From Azolla caroliniana (taxonomy: Eukaryota > Plantae > Polypodiophyta), in contig JBHGNT010000007.1 of the NCBI GenBank assembly GCA_043228905.1, forward strand, positions 18,042,001 through 18,106,000: DNA of 64,000 nucleotides. Direction: 5' to 3'. The position numbers and the translations under genes were made by a program. Shown piece by piece: positions 60,601-64,000 of this stretch. The notes below the pieces were generated by a model. That model saw only the letters and a list, made by a program, of their open reading frames with translations. It had not been told where the DNA came from and ran no database searches. Within the stretch, counting starts at the first letter, position 1. Each line of letters starts with the position of its first letter.

Positions 60601-62713
60601 TCCGGACACAGCCGTGGTCACCGGCTGAGTAGGATGCGAAGCATTTCCAGTTCGGGGTAAGGTGGAACGGTGCTCCGGAGTCTACCACCCAGGTCATCTC
60701 GTCGCCGGCAAGGTTTATTTCACTCTCCTCGGTGTTGAGCATCAACTCTTCTTCACTTGCCGCGATTGCCGTCGTTCCCTTCCGGTCCGTCCCCCTCCTG
60801 TCTTTACCGTTCCGGTCTTTACCGTTCCGGTCCGGGGTTTGCTTGGAATCGGTACCGTCGGTTTCCTTGTCTTTACGGAAATGCCGACAGTTCTTTTGGA
60901 AGTGTCCCGGCTTGCCGCAATACAAGCAAGTAGGCCTCCCCCTTGACTTTGACCATGTCCCCGACTTCTCCCGGTTCTAGGGACTACGGTTTCTCTGTCT
61001 TCCGCGTTCCGATTCGATAAGGAGCGCTTTGGAGTCGGAGCTCGTATCTTTGTCTTTCCGACGCGCCTCCTCATCTAGCAAGCTCGACTTTACTCTTGTT
61101 AGGGATAACCGTTTTCCTTCCAGCCCGGCGTTGCCCAAAGTGACAACCAACGTCTACCAGCTATCCAGGAGGGAACCGAGCAGGAGTAGCGCAAGTACCT
61201 CATCGGCGAGAGGTACTTCCAATGAAGTTGCCTGGTGGGTCAGCCCCTAGAAGGTATTCATGTGCTCCGCCATGCTGGAGCCATCTTGGTACCGGAGTCT
61301 TACTAGCTTCCGGAATACCGACACCTGATTGACAACATTTTTGTTCTGAAACATTATGTCGATCTTCTCCCAGAGCTCATGAGCCTTGCTCTCTTCATTG
61401 AAGTTGTTGTACAGGCTCATGTCGATGAAGCACCATATGTACGCCATTGTTTTCATGTGCATCACCTCCCATATCGCGGCGTCGATTTTGTCCGGTCTCT
61501 TGTCCCCGAACTGAACCGGCAGCCAGAGGTCTTTAACCAAGAGCATGTCCCTCATCTTCGACTTCCACACTGAATAGTTGGAGCCGGTGAGCTTGAACAT
61601 GGCGCCAAACGATTCGTCCATTTTCTGTGTCGTTTTTCTCTGATACCACTTGACAGGAACCCAACGCCCCTTATGTTCAAAGCTCGGCCGCAACCGAGAT
61701 TCTTTTCATACACAGAAACCAGGAAACGAAAACACGACTCAAAGGAGAGGAAGATACACAGGAGGTTTACGTGGAAAACCCCAAACTAGGGGGAAAAACC
61801 ACGGCAGCCCACAGGCTGCAAACTGTCACTATGTAGGAATATACAACACTGAGTTCATTGAGGCACCGACCTCGTGCTCACAAATCTTCGCCACAGGCGG
61901 CGGTTACAACAGAGGCAACGACCTCGTCTCTCTCTCTCTCTCTGTACAGTTACGCACTCTCTCTTCTTCTTGCACCAACAAGGAAGAATGACAACTACTA
62001 TAACTAAAAGTTTGCCCTAAGTCATATTTATACTAATATGACTTTTCGGCTATTTTCAAATGTAGCCTCGATAGGCTCTCAGAAACATATTTACGAATAT
62101 GTCTCCTCATCCGTTTCATACCGGGCCTGCACCATCCGGCTCTCCGTAGCTGAGTACTCCTCATCCGGTTCATACCGGGCCTGTATCATCTGGCTCTCCG
62201 TAGCCGGGTACTCCTCATCCGGTTCATACCGGGCCTGCACCATTCGGCTCTCCGTAGCCGAGTACTCCTCATCCGGTTCATACCGGGCCTGCACTATCTG
62301 GCTCTCCGTAGCCGGGTACTCCTCATCCGGTTCATACCAGGCTTGCACCATCCGGCTCTCCGTAGCTGGGTACTCCTCATCCGGTTTCGGCCTCGGCCTA
62401 TCTGCCTAGGCCGAGTTCGTTCATCGGCACTGTTCTTCTCCCTTCCCATCCGGAGGGACCTGTTTCCCAACAAGCAATACGTGCTCTGCATCCGGAAATC
62501 TCCAAGGGGCTCTTCTCTCCCTGAGAGGGTATCTCAGTCTTTGGCCTTCGGCAACCGGTTCCTTCGTTTGTTCCAAATCCAAATCCGATTCAAGATCTTG
62601 TCTGGTCCGGGTGTCTTCTTCTTCTTCAGTTGGTTCGGTTGGTTCGGTTTCTTGTCCGATTTCAGCCGGTTCATCGAGTGTCAATCTGTTACTGGCTATC
62701 TTTTTGTTTTCAA
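54671..62713 (-). mobile_element. Older Tork-like Copia (3' LTR ~54671-55236, RH, RT), 5'-truncated, host of 56835-62472
   Basis: PPT reverse complement ACTCCCCCTTCA at 55238-55249; RT/RH ORF 55622-56581; EHVLL|TDEGEP rejoins across the AGCAA TSD. Confidence 0.88.
56835..62472 (-). mobile_element. Full-length degenerate Copia (same subfamily as 42678-48201)
   Basis: LTRs at 56835-57548 (714 bp) and 61651-62472 (822 bp), TSD AGCAA, PBS reverse complement at 61637-61648, PPT after 57548. Confidence 0.96.
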
Positions 62714-63004
62714 CCGTTTAGGCCCTTGTGTCCTCAAACCAATGTCGTGAAGATCCGTCAATATGCACGGACCGTGAGGCAGAACCACCAAGGTTCTGGA
62801 CCGGAAGGACTTGAAGTTTGCACTAGCTTTAGCGAGAAAGGAATTAAGATAGATTGAAAGAGAGAGAAATGGAGATAAGATAGAACACTTGACTTTAGAT
62901 TGAGAGAACAAGATTGATACATCAATTGGATATCGAATTTCTTACTTCTAATCTCTTGATTAATACATCAATTGGATAACGAATTTTCTTCTTAATATTA
63001 ATTT

Positions 63005-63640
63005 TGACAGGAATACGCCCCCCCTAAGCTATGCTCGGCCACAACCGAGACGTCGTATCAAACAGAGAAAACAGGGATGTGGAGAGATGTATCTACACAC
63101 AAAACAATAAAGAAGAGAGTGCACTGGATGTTGACGTGGAAAACCCAAATATGGGAAAAACCACGGCAGCTCTCACACTGCAAAATATCACTATATCAAG
63201 ATTACAACAATGGGGAACAAAGGCAACGACCTCTTGCTCCCTCACTTCGCCACCAGGCGGTTACAACAGAGGTAGCAGCCTCTTCCTCTCTTGTCCTCTC
63301 TCTCTTTACACAGTTGCGCTCAGAATTATCGCCCCCACGATAATCACACAACCAACTCTACATCATTAACAATCAAGTTTGCCCTAGGTCATATTTATAC
63401 TAATATGACTTTCAGGTTATTTACAAATATAGCCCCGGTGGGCTCTCTGGAACATATTTACATATATGTCCCTTCATCCGGTCAGAGGTTCTCACCAGGC
63501 TTGCAACATCCGGTTCTCACCAGGTCTTCCGTTGCCGGGTACTCCACATCCGGATTCGGCCTTGGCCTATCGGCCTCGACCGAGTTGCTCATCAACACTG
63601 TTCTTCTCACTTCCCATCCGGAGGGACTTGTTTCCTAACA
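63005..63640 (-). repeat. Solo LTR, Tork-like family
   Basis: TGACAGG...CCTAACA with perfect TSD AATTT (63000-63004 / 63641-63645); no PBS or PPT. Confidence 0.93.
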
Positions 63641-63839
63641 AATTTTGATATAAAGTACCAAGCTTTTCTTTTGATCTTTTTCATCCACCCTTTTATAGAT
63701 GCTCCCATGCATATGATGCATGTGAGGGTACAAGACATGCATACAATGTATGGAATGCATATGATGCATGTTTGCCATTTGGCGCTCATGCGTCACATGT
63801 CACTCCATCAAGCTCTAATATGAGAATTTACATGTAAAG

Positions 63840-64000
63840 TGTTGAGAGACAAGCTCAACATCGGCCAGATCGGCTGAAGAAGCCGAGGACTGGAGAAGCT
63901 GAGGACTGGATCTGTTGGGACCGATCGGTTAGGCCGAATGCGTAAACCGGGAGGCCGTTAGGAAAGATATTCCGTGAGGAATATATTTGGGAGTTAGTGT
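63840..64000 (+). repeat. Start of an LTR of the Copia C family, cut by window end
   Basis: TGTTGAGAGACAAGCTCAACA and TTTGGGAGTTAGTGT match the reverse complement of 25353-25512. Confidence 0.8.

Noticed and set aside
62105-62390. CRISPR-like regular repeats
   Set aside because: Units are contiguous with no unique spacers, lie within LTRs, and no cas genes are present.

Overview
Gene-free, transposon-saturated eukaryotic DNA. The LTR lineages and short AT-rich GT-AG introns point to a land plant, plausibly a non-seed plant such as a fern (inference). Most of the window is nested LTR retrotransposons. These include five Tnt1/Tork-like Copia copies, one of them intact and very young (31216-36546, TSD TGAAT); other Copia remnants; and chromovirus remnants. 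Three related non-chromovirus Gypsy 3' ends are stacked at 4457-18591, each carrying an unexplained ~1000-aa coiled-coil extra ORF. An element at 24325-40076 (TSD CATAT) appears to self-prime like Tf1. The most unusual non-LTR sequence is at about 42.5-54 kb. A degenerate Sola-like DDD transposase gene with a C-terminal Tudor/BAH-like barrel sits head-to-head with an intron-containing pseudogene encoding a ParB/Srx-like domain plus the SAM-binding half of a bacterial-type (beta-class N4C/N6A) DNA amino-methyltransferase. A diverged second copy of the ParB-like gene lies at 22.6-23.3 kb, suggesting a DNA transposon family carrying its own ParB-methyltransferase. All alignments and counts were done by eye; no database searches were run.
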